Shown here piece after piece: positions 25,166 to 37,618 of a stretch of 64,000 bases of DNA. Origin of the DNA: Octopus sinensis (Eukaryota); NCBI RefSeq assembly GCF_006345805.1, contig NC_043010.1, positions 51,274,001 through 51,338,000 of the forward strand, written 5' to 3'. A program made the translations under genes and the position numbers. Positions within the stretch are counted from its first letter, which is position 1. Each line of letters starts with the position of its first letter. A model generated the notes under the pieces. It saw only the letters and a list, made by a program, of their open reading frames with translations, did not search any database and was not told the DNA's origin.

Positions 25166-25570
25166 CATCATCATCGTTTAACGTCCACTTTCTATGCTAG
25201 CATGGGTTGGACGGTTCAACTGGGGTCTGGGAAGCCAGAAGGCTGCACCAGGCCCAGTCTGATCTGGCAGTGTTTCTACAGCTGGATGCCCTTCCTAATG
25301 CCAACCACTCCTAGAGTGTAGTGGGTGCTTTTTACGTGCCACCGGCACTGGTATCACAACTACAATTTCCATTGATATATATATATATATATACACACAT
25401 ACACACAAAGACATACATATATATATACACACTCATACATACGGGGGCCAGTCAGGTGGTACTGGTAACAACCTTGCTCGAATCTTTTTACACATGTCAC
25501 CAGCACAAGTGCCAGTAAGGCGACGTTGGTACTTATCTCCTTGCCTTGACATGGTGTCCTTTGTTTCCAT
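25165..25570 (-). mobile_element. RTE-tailed SINE family C (OK-like), (CAT)n at left
   Basis: CATCATCGTTTAACGTCCACTTTCTATGCTAGCATGGGTTGGACG; similar copies at 28368, 36110, 51945. Confidence 0.8.
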
Positions 25571-26811
25571 TCTTCTGAGACATGTCTGGCCATGGGGAAA
25601 TATTACCTTTCTTGGAAATGTGAAGGTTGGCAACAAGAAGGGCATCCAGCTGTAGAAAATCTGCCTCAACTGATTCTGTCTGATCCATGCAAACCTGGAA
25701 AAGTGGATGTTAACGAATGATGATTATGTTGATGATAATGATGATGATGATGATGATGACGATAGCAATGCTTTGGAGGGAAATTGTGGCAGCATTTTTA
25801 TGGACAGATGCAGTTTATTTTTATTTTTCTCTTGCTAACTCTTACTTATTAGTAAGGATTTTTTTTTTTTGCCAGAGGAATTAGAAAGTGGAGAGCTACT
25901 GGACAGACAATTTGTTGATAAGAAATGTCAGAAAATCCAACTAGCTGAGCCCAACCAAAACTAGTGACATCACTGATTGTAGCTGAGCTGCAAATAGTAA
26001 CATCGCAGTTCATAGCTCAGCGTACTTTGATAAACATTCAAACACACATATATGCACACACATACACATGTACACATACACACACCTACACACAGACATG
26101 CACATTCACACAAAAACACATACATTCATGCACATCTGCCCAAATACATGCATACAGACACACACATGCATGCACATACATATACACACATGCAGATATA
26201 TGCACAAACACATGCATGCACACATACACATACACACTTGCATATATTCTCATGTGCGCAGTCACACACACACACACACACACACTCTGTTCTTCTTTCA
26301 GTTTCCATCTACCAAATTTTTTTCCCAAATCTATAGTACAAAAACACGTTGTCCAAGGTGCTTGTGCTGCACAGTGAGACTGAACCCAAAACCATATGGT
26401 TTAGAAGTGAACTTCTTAACCACTTAGTCATACCTGCACCTCCTAGTTTTATATCAAATTTTGCAAAACAAGACTTGATAAGACCATAACCCATACAACA
26501 CGGATTAGTTTCTTATCATAATAAAGGAAATTTAATTCAGTCAGATGTTCATGTCCTGATAAGAACCTGACCTTTTTAGCAATTATCATATTCTTTGGGG
26601 ATTTGAAGACTGAAGACGTTTTTAAAGATCTTACAGTCTTAAAATTCATTGTTTCTAGTTTCCAGAAGCTTCTCTATTACCAAGACTTTATGTATGATCC
26701 TTTGGCACTGGTATGGCTGTGGTTTAGAAGCTTACTTTGCAACCATGTGGTTTCAGGGTCAGTTCTACTGTGCAGCACTTTGGGCAAGGGTTTTGTGTTA
26801 AAGCTTTGTTA

Positions 26812-27300
26812 TTTCTTTATTGCCCACAAGGGGCTAAACATAGAGGGGACAAACAAGGACAAGCAAAAGGATTAAGTTGATTACATTGACCCCAGTATGT
26901 AACTGGTACTTAATTTATCGACCCCGAAAGGATGAAAGACAAAGTCGACTTCGATGGAATTTGAACTCAGAATGTAACGGCAGACGAAATACCGCTAAGC
27001 ATTTCGCCTGGTGTGCTAACGTTTCTGCCAGCTCACTGCCTTTAAAGCTTTGTGTTAAAGCTTTGTGCTGACCAATACCTATTTCTTTACTACCCACAAG
27101 GGGCTAAAAAACAGAGAGGACAGACAAGGAGATTAAGTCGATTACCTCGACCCCAGTATGTAACTGGTACTTAATTTATCGACCCCGAAAGGATGAAAGG
27201 CAAAGTCGACCTTGGCAGAATTTGAATTCAGAACGTAACAGCAGACGAAATACCACTAAGCATTTTGCCCGGCGTGCTAACGTTTCTGCCAGCTCGCGCC
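26812..27300 (-). mobile_element. Two adjacent SINE family B copies (26812-27040, 27080-27300)
   Basis: Family consensus; separated by duplicated host sequence TTAAAGCTTTGT. Confidence 0.85.
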
Positions 27301-27669
27301 TTTAAAGCTTTGTACTGACCAATACCCTCTGTGTGAGCCCATCATGTGTGTATAAATATGTGTGTGTGTATGTGTATATGTGTACACACATATATATGTC
27401 CGTGTTTATATCTTTCTGTCTGTCATGCTGCCTCTGCTTAACAGACCACATTGGTTTGTTTATGTGTCTATCCTTATAACTTAGCAGTTTGGCAAAAGAA
27501 AGTGACAGAATGAGTACCAAACTCTAAAAGAAAACAAAAACAAAACAGCATAAGGGGTCAATTTGTTCCACTAAAATCCCTTAAGGAGGTACCCTAACAT
27601 GATACCCATCCGATTACTGAAACAAGTAAAAGAGAAATGTGCAGCTACCCACTTTAGATACTCTCTTTA

Positions 27670-28050
27670 CTCTTTTACTTGTTTCAGTCATTTGACTGTG
27701 GCCATGCTGGAGCACACCTTTAGTCGAGCAAATCGACCCCAGGACTTATTCTTTGTAAGCTTAATACTTATTCTATCGGTCTCTTTTGCCAAACCGCTAA
27801 GTTACGGGGAACATAAACACACCAGCATCGGTTGTCAAGCGATGTTGGGGGGACAAACAGACACACAAACACACACAAACATATATACGACGGGCTTCTT
27901 TCAGTTTCCGTCTACCAAATCCACTCACAAGGCTTTGGTCGGCCCGGGGCTATAGTAGAAGACACTTGCCCAAGGTGCCTCGCAGTGGGACCGAACCCAG
28001 AACCATGTGGTTGGTAAGCAAGCTACTTACCACACAGCCACTCCTACGCC
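27670..28050 (-). mobile_element. SINE family A, near full length
   Basis: Family consensus match. Confidence 0.88.
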
Positions 28051-28629
28051 TATAGATGAGAAGAAATCTCTTCTTTGTTTTGCATCATTGGTATCCAAAA
28101 GGTCTTTCATTCTTGGTGTTGCAGTAAGCATTGCAGCTAAACCACTGTCATGTCTGGATCATTAAGTAATAGTTTAATAATAATAACAAGAGCATTTGCA
28201 TAACTGATACTTATTTTATCAACCCCGAAAGAATGAAAGGCAAAGTCAATCTCGGAAGAATTTGAACTGAGAATGTAAAGACAGATAAAATGCTGCTAAG
28301 CGTTTTGTCTGATCCATTAATAATTCTGCCACCTTGCCACAAGAAATAATAATGATAATAATCATCATCATCATCGTTTAACATCTGTTTTCCATGCTAG
28401 CATGGGTTGGACGGTTCAACTGGGGTCTGGAAAGCCCGAAGGCTGCACCAGGTTAGTCAGATCTGGCAGTGTTTCTACAGCTGGATGCCCTTCCTAACAC
28501 CAACCATTCCATGAGTGTAGTGGGTGCTTTTTACGTGCCACCAGCACGGAGGCCAAGCGAGGCTGGCAACAGCCACGATCGGATGGTGTTTGTTACGTGC
28601 CACCGGCACGGATGGTTTCAAATTTTGCC

Positions 28630-28825
28630 ACAAGGTCAGCAATTTGGGGGGAGAGATTGAGTCGATTATTTCGACCCCAGTATTCAACTGGTATTTATTT
28701 TATCGACCCCAAAAGGATGAAAGGTAAAGTTGACCTCAGTGGAATTTGAACTCAGAACGTAGCAATGGGTGAAATACTGCTAAGCATTTCATTCAGCGTG
28801 CTAAGGATTCTGCCGGCTCACCGCC
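28630..28825 (-). mobile_element. SINE family B (older copy)
   Basis: Family consensus match. Confidence 0.8.
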
Positions 28826-28871
28826 CTAATAATAATAATAGTAGTACAGGACTATACTGTGTGGAGTAAAA

Positions 28872-29102
28872 GGCGGCAAGCTGGCAGAAATGTTAGCGCG
28901 CCGGGCGAAATGCTTAGCGGTATTTCGTCTGTCATTACGTTCTGAGTTCAAATTCCGCCGAGGTTGACTTTGCCTTTCATCCTTTCGGGGTCGATAAATA
29001 AAGTACCAGTTTCGCACTGGGGTCGATGTAATTGACTTAACCCCTTTGTCTGTCCTTGTTTGTCCCCTCTATGTTTAGCCCCTTGTGGGCAGTAAAGAAA
29101 TA
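28872..29102 (+). mobile_element. SINE family B, full length, with imperfect ~18-bp TSD
   Basis: TATACTGTGTGG(A/G)GT(A/T)AA at 28853 and 29103. Confidence 0.9.
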
Positions 29103-29225
29103 TATACTGTGTGGGGTTAATAATAAATAAGTGAATTAAAAATATGATTAAATAAATAAATAAAGTAGTTAATATTTTTATGTTTTGAAGAAAAATTTAA
29201 TTCTAACCAAAATCTTACATTTCAG

Positions 29226-29398
29226 ATGGCTGATCAATCTCTGGTCGGCTCCTCTCGTATTGACCTTGATGAACCAAGATATGACCAGAACACATTCAAA
29301 GGTCGTGCTAAGCATTTTTTTATCACAACAAATCCTTTAAATTTGTTTACATCATCATCACAACTTGCCTCTGCTAAAAGTATTGTTGAAGGTTACAG
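29226..29398 (+). CDS. SFXN1: Sideroflexin coding exon 1 (MADQS...IVEGYR)
   Basis: ttcag|ATG acceptor directly before the start codon; ends TACAG|gtgag; EPRYDQNTFKGRAKHFF matches the SFXN N-terminus. Confidence 0.95.
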
Positions 29399-29422
29399 GT
29401 GAGAGGTTCTAATTTTTTACCT

Positions 29423-29693
29423 GTTTCTTTATTACCCAGAATGTAAAGACAGACAAAATACCTATTTCTTTATTACCCACAAGGGGCTAAACATAGAGGG
29501 GACAAACAAGGACAGACAAATGGATTAAGTCGATTACATCGACCCCAGTGCATAACTGGTACTTAATTTATCGACCTCGAATGGATAAAAGGCAAAGTTG
29601 ACCTCGGCGGAATTTGAACTCAGAACGTAACGACAGACAAAATATGGCTACGCATTTCGCCCGGCGTGCTAACGGTTCTGCCAGCTCCCCGCC
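29423..29693 (-). mobile_element. SINE family B, full length plus partial extra unit
   Basis: Family consensus; ~90% identical to 28872-29102 in the opposite orientation. Confidence 0.9.
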
Positions 29694-30040
29694 ATAAAAA
29701 TTTTTTACCTGCACCCATCTTAAGTATATTCCCAGTGAATAATGCTCCTAATAATTAGCCTCCTAAACTGAGGATTGTGGGTTCAAATGTAGTCGCCCCA
29801 GCATGACCACCACCAAATCACTGAAATTAGGTAAAAGAGTAAATGACCACTAAATTCATTTTGAGCGATCATCATATCCATTTCTGCATTTTCAGAATTG
29901 TATAACATTTGAAAAACTGTACTCTGAGCATCTAGACCAAAATCCATATATTGAACTGCTTTGTCTACTCTGTGTTAATGCATGAAAGTGTGGCATGGTC
30001 TGGTCTATAACATCGGAAATGAGAAGGTGTTTGAGAAGCT

Positions 30041-30446
30041 TTTACTTGTTTCAGTCATTTGACTGTGGCCATGCTGGAGCACCGCCTTTAGTCGAGCAAA
30101 TCGACCCCAGGACTTATTCTTTGTAAGCCTAGTACTTATTCTCTCGGTCTCTTTTGCCAAACCGCTAAGTTACAGGGATGTAAACACACCAGCATTGGTT
30201 GTCAAGCGATGTTGGGGGGACAAACACAGACACACAAACATATAAACACACACATATATACATATCTATATATACATTTATACGACGGGCTTCTTTCAGT
30301 TTCCATCTACCAAATCCACTCACAAGGCTTTGGTCGGCCCGAGGCTATAGTAGAAGACACTTGCCCAAGGTGCCACGCAGTGGGACTGAACCCGGAACCA
30401 TGTGGTTGGTAAGCAAGCTACTTACCACACGGCCACCCCTATGCCT
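30041..30446 (-). mobile_element. SINE family A
   Basis: Family consensus match. Confidence 0.88.
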
Positions 30447-30563
30447 ATCCAATTTTTATTTGTTTTTCTTCTTTCTTTTTACCCATTTTTCCTTCCTTTT
30501 TTTTCTTCACTACCCCCCTCTCTTAACACTTTCTCTTTCTCTAATTCTTCTCTCATTCATTAG

Positions 30564-30734
30564 AAATGGTCAAATCTTCCCTGGAAAAACTGATGATGAT
30601 ATCTGGAGAGCAAAGCACCTCTATGACTCAGCATTCCACCCAGACACAAAGGAAAAAATGTTTATTCTTGGTCGAATGTCAGCTCAGGTGCCGATGAACA
30701 TGACAATTACAGGTTGCATGATGACATTCTACAA
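30564..30734 (+). CDS. SFXN1: Sideroflexin coding exon 2 (NGQIFPG...HPDT...MMTFYK)
   Basis: cattag|A ... TACAA|gtaag; contains the HPDT and [11 protein letters not shown] motifs. Confidence 0.97.
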
Positions 30735-30899
30735 GTAAGACAATTAATTGATCTTTTTTTTTTTTATTTTCTTTTGTTCATGCAATCGTTGTTGTTGTTG
30801 TTGTTGTTATTGTTGCTGCTATTGTACCTGTCACTTTTTGTAGCTCTTGCAGTTATTGTTATTGATGTTGTAATTATTGTTGCAGCACTTGTTTGCTGT

Positions 30900-30905
30900 T
30901 CTAGC

Positions 30906-30938
<33 letters not shown>

Positions 30939-31225
30939 GGTAGTGGTGGTAGTAGTAGTAGTGGTAGTGGTTGTGGTAGTAGTAGTAGTAGTAGTGGTGG
31001 TGGTGGTGGTGGTAGTAGTGGTGGTGGTGGTAGTGGTGGTGGTGGTGGTGGTAGTAGTGGTGTGGTGGTGGTAGTGGTGGTGGTGGTAGTAGTGGTGTGG
31101 TGGTGATAGTAGTAGTAGTGGTAGTGGTGGTAGTGGTAGTGGTGGTGGTTGTAGTAGTAGTATTGGTGGTGGTAGTATTAATGGTGGTAGTAGTGGTGGT
31201 GGTGGTGGTAGTAGTTGTAGTTAGC
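30900..31225. repeat. (GGT/AGT)n trinucleotide tract
   Basis: Direct reading. Confidence 0.9.
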
Positions 31226-31517
31226 TGGTTTAGATCAGCAATTTTCAACCTTTTTTCCTGTTCCATGTCGAAGTAATTATAACAGACACAATGACACCCC
31301 ACAGCTGTTACGGTACACCTCATTAAGTTTTTTTTTTTAAAGTTTGAGTACAGCTAAAAATAAATAATATGCATTGAAATTATCTTACAACAGAGGTGGG
31401 TGCATACAGTGCATTTTGGTGGCTGTGTGGTTAACAAGCTTGCTTTGCAACCTTGCAGTTTCAAGTTCAGTCCCACTGTGCAGAACCTTGGGCAAGTGTC
31501 TTCCACTTTTGTGTATG

Positions 31518-31558
<41 letters not shown>

Positions 31559-31689
31559 TCACTACACTCACGGAGTGGTTGGCATTAGGAAGGGCATCCA
31601 GCTGTAGAAACACTGCCAGATCAGACTGGAGCCTGGTGCAGCCTCCTGGCTTCCCAGACCCCGGTCAAACATCTAACCTGACGTTACCT

Positions 31690-32175
31690 GACGTTTGTAC
31701 AGAGTCCATGTCTGGTTGCATTGGACTGGACACCTTATTAGAATGAAGGATAGAAGGATTCCTGAGCAGATGCTCTATGGAGAACTTGTGAATGGAAGGA
31801 GACTCCGGCAGAAACCAAGGCTGCGATTTAAGGACTGTGTCAAATCCTCATTAAAGGCCTGTGATATGCAGGACACTGACTGGGAGAACAATGCCTGTCA
31901 TCGCCACAGATGGAGGAAGCAGGTTAAGGAGGGGATCGACACTTTTGAGAGAGCACGTATCCAGCATAGAGAACTTAGGCGAGCTGCGCGAAAGCGCACG
32001 GCTCGTATAGTGAATGGGGAAAGCTTGGTCTGCAACGTTTGCAGTCGTGTATGCTTGTCAAGAGCAGGGCTCATTAGCCACCAACGGAGCCGCAAATGCA
32101 AAATATAAGTTAGTCCTAGAGCGTACAATGTTCCTGAAGGTCAGCAATGGTCTTCCTCGGTCACGAGTGGACGGC
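31690..32175 (+). mobile_element. RTE (BovB-like) LINE 3' fragment
   Basis: LHWTGHLIRMKDRRIPEQMLYGEL..G.R....PRLRFKDCVK and C..C...C.SRAGLISHQR. Confidence 0.92.
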
Positions 32176-32595
32176 CATCATATATATATATATATATATA
32201 TAAGAAATGGAAGCCAAAAGAATTAATTGAAGAATTATAAATTCAATTCAATTTAATTATTTTATACAAACAACACATCTCGTAAATTACAGCTGTTTCC
32301 ACTTCATTAATAAAACCAAGTTTTTCAAGAATAATAAAATCCCATGTAAATATATAATGAGGCTTTATTAGATCGACATATCTTCAATATTTTATGAAAA
32401 ATAGCAATTGAAAATTTTATAACTGCTAATGCTTTTCAAAAAAATTACTTTTTGAGAGTGAGCTTAATCATAATTAAGTAATCTAACTGAAATTATGTAA
32501 ATTCTTAAATTTAAATCTATTAGTATCCAGTTCTTTAACTGATTTTGTTGCATAATACACACATTCATATATACATATTTATATGTATCTATATA

Positions 32596-33490
32596 TACAC
32601 ACGTTTCTTCTAGGAACATTATCAACCTCTTTCTGATGATTTGCTCCATGACTTTATTGATATGCAAAGTCAGAGAGATTGTCCTGTAGTTTTGGGCTTC
32701 TGCTCTGCTTTCACCTTCTTGGATAGGGCATATAATGCTTTCTTTCAGCTTTTTAGAAAGTATACCACTTGCAAGGAAACTTTGGAAAAGTATCTGAAGT
32801 GGTGTCACTGAAGTCTGCTTACATGACTTTAGGAGAATAACTGAGAAATCACCAAGACGAGAGGGAGAGTATGAGCTCATTTCATCTATGGCCACTGTTA
32901 CATATATATAATTGATGGCTGGCACCTCCTTTTTTAGAGTTGCAATATCAAGGAATTCAGCCAGATTTTTTATGTGCATGTGTCCAGTGAGGTGGGGAGT
33001 GAAGACACTTTTAAATCGTTCACTGAGTATCTCACTTTTCGTTCCTGGGTCCGCCATCAGTGAGTCATTCCCTTGGAACAATGGTCCTATCTTATCTTGT
33101 ATTGTGGCTGTTTCCTTTGCGAATTTATAGAAAGCTTTGGGATTTGTTTTTATGCTTTCCACAGCCATTTTCTCTCTCTCTCTGCTTTTTGTCCTTTCAT
33201 GAGAGAGTTTGATCTTGCTTTCAATTTCTAGAAGCGTCCGTGTTAAGATAGACTTCTCTCTATCCTTCAGTTGCCTATTCATCCACTTTGAGATCTTTGA
33301 CCTGCACCTCATGAGGATTTTTCTGTCCCTGGGAATCTTGTTTGACAGTGTACTGGCCTTTCTTTCTGGGATATATTTAGTGCATATAACTTGAACTGTT
33401 GACATAAACTGACTGAGTTTCAAATCAATGTCTTGCATACACAGAATGTTGGCCCAGTTCTCCATACTACATACCTCTCAACAAACTGTG
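32596..33490 (-). mobile_element. CR1-clade LINE ORF2 internal fragment
   Basis: NPKAFYKFAK, KESIICPI and NYRTISLTLHINKVMEQIIR in the 333-aa ORF. Confidence 0.88.
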
Positions 33491-33704
33491 TTCTAAACAC
33501 ATCATTATATACCAATTTCGATATACATCACTATGGTGATGATGATGATGATGGCAGTGACAACTATGTTAAGCTGGCAATAATACCAACTTAAAATATT
33601 TTTTCTTTCATTCTTACTCCCTCCATCTCTCAATCACTCCACTCTCTTTCACACTCTCTCTTTCTCTTTCTCTCTCTGTACATACTCTTTCTGTCTCTTT
33701 CCAG

Positions 33705-33803
33705 AACACCAATGGCTGTGATATTTTGGCAGTGGTTTAACCAGTCTTTCAATGCTATCGTCAATTATACCAACCGAAGTGGCGACACACCAATTCCTGT
33801 TTC
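33705..33803 (+). CDS. SFXN1: Sideroflexin coding exon 3 ([32 protein letters not shown])
   Basis: Polypyrimidine tract + ccag| ... TC|gtatgt; conserved [17 protein letters not shown]. Confidence 0.97.
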
Positions 33804-34289
33804 GTATGTTAATTAAATTTTAATCCCTTTCTTCATTTCATTTCTTTTCCAGACAAATTCTAAAAATTCTTTCCCTCTCTCTCCTTCTCTCTCTCTCTCT
33901 CTCTTTTCCATGCACACAGTCACACATATACACACATTCACAACACACTCTGTTACACATATACACACATTCACAACACACTCTGTTACACATATACACA
34001 CAAATATCCCCCTGCTCACAAATGTACCTTCACACTTTCTCACAGACATTACACTGAACACATACATTTATACACACAATCACACACTGACATATACCTC
34101 CACCCTCACACACACACACGTACACAGTTTCTTGTTCGGTATTTTTCTGATGTGCAGAACATCATAAACTCTTTCACGTTTATGTCATTAGTGACATCAG
34201 ATCCTCCATGTTGTTTCTGTTGGATGTATCGGTGAAGGTCAGATACCTCATGTTACTTTTGTCCGGTCCCCAATCTTAGCCATGTCAGA

Positions 34290-35780
34290 TCCCACTAACC
34301 ACTGCAACCATCACCATACCACCAACCCCTAACACTCACCATTCCACTAACCCCCACCATTACCGTACCACCAATCCCTAACACTCACCTTTCCACTAAC
34401 CCCACCATTACCATACCACCAACCCCTACAACTATCACTATACAACCAACCCCAACAATCATCACCATGCATCCACAACCATCACCATACACCAACACCC
34501 ATCATCATCACCAATCCCCATTATCACCATACCACTAACCCCACCATTACCATACCACCAACCCCAACAATCATCACCATGCATCCACAACCATCACCAT
34601 ACACCCAACTTCAATGCTGTCATCATACCACCAACCCCAACAATCATCACCATGCATCCACAACCATCACCATACCACTAACCCCACCATTACCATACCA
34701 CCAAACACCACAACCATCACCCCCAATATTGTCACCACACCACTAACTTCACCATACCATACCAGCATCCCCACAACCCCCAATGCAGTGACCATACAAC
34801 CGTCCCCATATTACTAATCCTTTCATCACCATACCACCAACACCCATCATCATCACCAATCCCCATTATCACCATACCACCAACACCCACAACCATCACC
34901 ATACTACCAATCCCCACAACCATCACCCCCCAATATTGTCACCACACCACTAACTTCACCATACCATACCACCAAACACCACAACCATCACCATACCACT
35001 AACCCCACCATTATCATACCACCAATCCCACAACCATCACCATACTACCAATCCCCACAACCATCACTATACCACTAACCCCACCATTACCATACCACCA
35101 ACACCCATCATCATCACCATATCCCCATTATCACCATACCACTAACCCCACCATTACCATACCACCAAACACCACAACCATCACCCCCCAATATTGTCAC
35201 CACACCACTAACTTCACCATACCATACCAGCAACCCCACAACTCCCACCATATAACCAACCCCCAATGCAGTGACCATACAACCGTCCCCATATCACTAA
35301 TCCCTTCATCACCATACCACCAACACCCATCATCATCACCATATCCCCATTATCACCATACCACTAACCCCACCATACCATACCAGCAACCCCACAACTC
35401 CCACCATATAACCAACCCCCATGCAGTGACCATACAACCATCCCCATATCACTAATCCCTTCATCACCATACCACCAACACCCATCATCATCACCATATC
35501 CCCATTATCACCATACCACTAACCCCACCATTACCATACCACCAACACCCACAACCATCACCATACACCCAACTTCAATGCTGTCATCATACCACCAACC
35601 CCAACAATCATCACCATGCATCCACAACCATCACCATACACCCAACTTCAATGCTGTCATCATACCACCAACCCCAACAATCATCACCATGCATCCACAA
35701 CCATCACCATACCACCAACACCCATCATCATCACCATACAACTAAGCCCCCCGCACACGCACCACCACTACCACCACCAC
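34290..35780. repeat. ~1.5-kb C/A-rich minisatellite with higher-order blocks
   Basis: Recurrent units such as CACCATACCACCAACCCC, CCCCAATATTGTCACCACACC and CAACTTCAATGCTGTCATC. Confidence 0.9.
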
Positions 35781-35840
35781 ATGTCTAGTAAACCATTTTT
35801 CTCTTATGTTTTTATATCAGTCAGCTCTGCTCTGTTTCAG

Positions 35841-35916
35841 GCAGCTTGGCTTATCTTATGTACTGGCCACTGGTGGTGCCATGGCAACAGCCTTGGGTTT
35901 CAACAAAGTAGTGAAG
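35841..35916 (+). CDS. SFXN1: Sideroflexin coding exon 4 (QLGLSYVLATGGAMATALGFNKVVK)
   Basis: tgtttcag|G ... AAG|gtatgt; phase matches both neighbours. Confidence 0.95.
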
Positions 35917-36924
35917 GTATGTTAACAGTTTGGCATACACATGAATACACAAGTACTTGCATATGCTTAAATGTCCATGCACATACATACACACAAGTAT
36001 ATATATATATAAATAAGGAAATGGAGAAACAATTTCATTGGTTTATCAGCTTTAGGATATTAGAATGTTGACTTATTTATTTAACAAAATGAGAACCATA
36101 ATAACATACATCATCATCATCATCGTTTAACGTCCGTTTTCCGTGCTAGCATGGGTTGGACGGTTCGACCGGGGTCTGGGAAGCCAGGAGGCTGCACCAG
36201 GCTCCAGTCTGATCTGCCAGTGTTTCTACAGCTGGATGCCCTTCCTAACGCCAACCACTCCGCGAGTGTAGTGGGTGCTTTTAACATGCCACCAACACGG
36301 AAGCCAGTCAAGGCAGCGCTGGCATCAGCCACGTTTGAATGGTGCTTTTTACGTGCCACCGGCACAAGTGCAGAAATGGCATATTCCGAATGAATAAGGT
36401 AATGTAATCCGATGGTAGAAAGAATCCTGTGAATTAGGTTCTCCAAAGCCAGTCGGAAGGATGGGGATCCATATGGGTGTGTGGTAAATAGTTAATGCAA
36501 AAAAAACGAAGAAAAATCATAAGAAAAATATACAATGCAAGGACGTGGTACATGCAAAGTATTAAAAGACGCTCTGGAAAGGAAAGAAAGGGTGTTTTAC
36601 ATTTTGAGTAAAGCTCTTCAGAAACAGGAGACAGAGGAAAGTCCAAGAGAAAAGGAAGACGGAGCTAAAAATTGCCAATGATCCACATAGTTACATATAT
36701 ATATAAATGTATACATGAGATCCTGAGATTCTTGGTATAGAAAACACTTAGTAGCACTAACATGATTCAAACTTAGATTCCGATGTCTTTACAATGGACC
36801 AATTCTATGGGGTAAAGAGTGGCTATAAAGAGGAATCCGGGTGAACAGATATAGAGGTAATTATGCGGATAAACAAATTAAATATACTAGTTTGGGTTTG
36901 ATATGCAAAATATTTATACATATA

Positions 36925-37370
36925 GGTGTAGGAGTGGCTGTGTGGTAAGTAGCTTGCTTACCAACCACATGAATCCGGGTTCTGGACAAGTGTCTTCTAC
37001 TATAGCCTTGGGCCGACCAAAGCCTTGTGAATGGATTTGGTTGACGGAAACTGAAAGAAGCCCGTCGTATATATGTATATATATATATGTATGTATGTGT
37101 GTATATGTTTGTGTGTCTGTGTTTGTCCCCCAACATCACTTGACAACCGATGCTGGTGTGTTCACGTCCCCGTAACTTAGCAGTTCAGCAAAAGAGACTG
37201 ATAGAATAAGTACTTGCCTTTAGTCGAGCAAATCAACCTCAGGACTTATTCTTTGTAAGCCTAGTACGTATTCTATCGGTCTTTTTTGCCGAACTGCTAA
37301 GTTACGAGGACTAAACACACCACCATCAGCTGTCAAGCAATGTTGGGGGGACAAACACAGACACACAAAC

Positions 37371-37413
<43 letters not shown>

Positions 37414-37618
37414 ATATATATATATATATACATATATACAACAGGCTTCTTTCATTTTCCATCTACCAAATCCACTCACAAGGCTTTGGTCGGCCCAAGG
37501 CTTTGGTCGGCCCAAGGCTATAGTAGAAGACACTTGCCCAAGGTGCCACATAGTGGGACTGAACCTGGAACCATGTGGTTGGTAAGCAAGCTACTTACCA
37601 CACAGCCACTCCTACGCG
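36925..37618. mobile_element. Tail-to-tail SINE family A pair (36925-37214 plus, 37215-37618 minus)
   Basis: Both 3'-truncated at the junction AATAAGTACT|TGCCTTTAGTCG. Confidence 0.88.

Noticed and set aside
30199-30738. 179-aa ORF ending in sideroflexin sequence
   Set aside because: Chance read-through from an antisense SINE and intron into exon 30564-30734; the true start is the AG at 30562-30563
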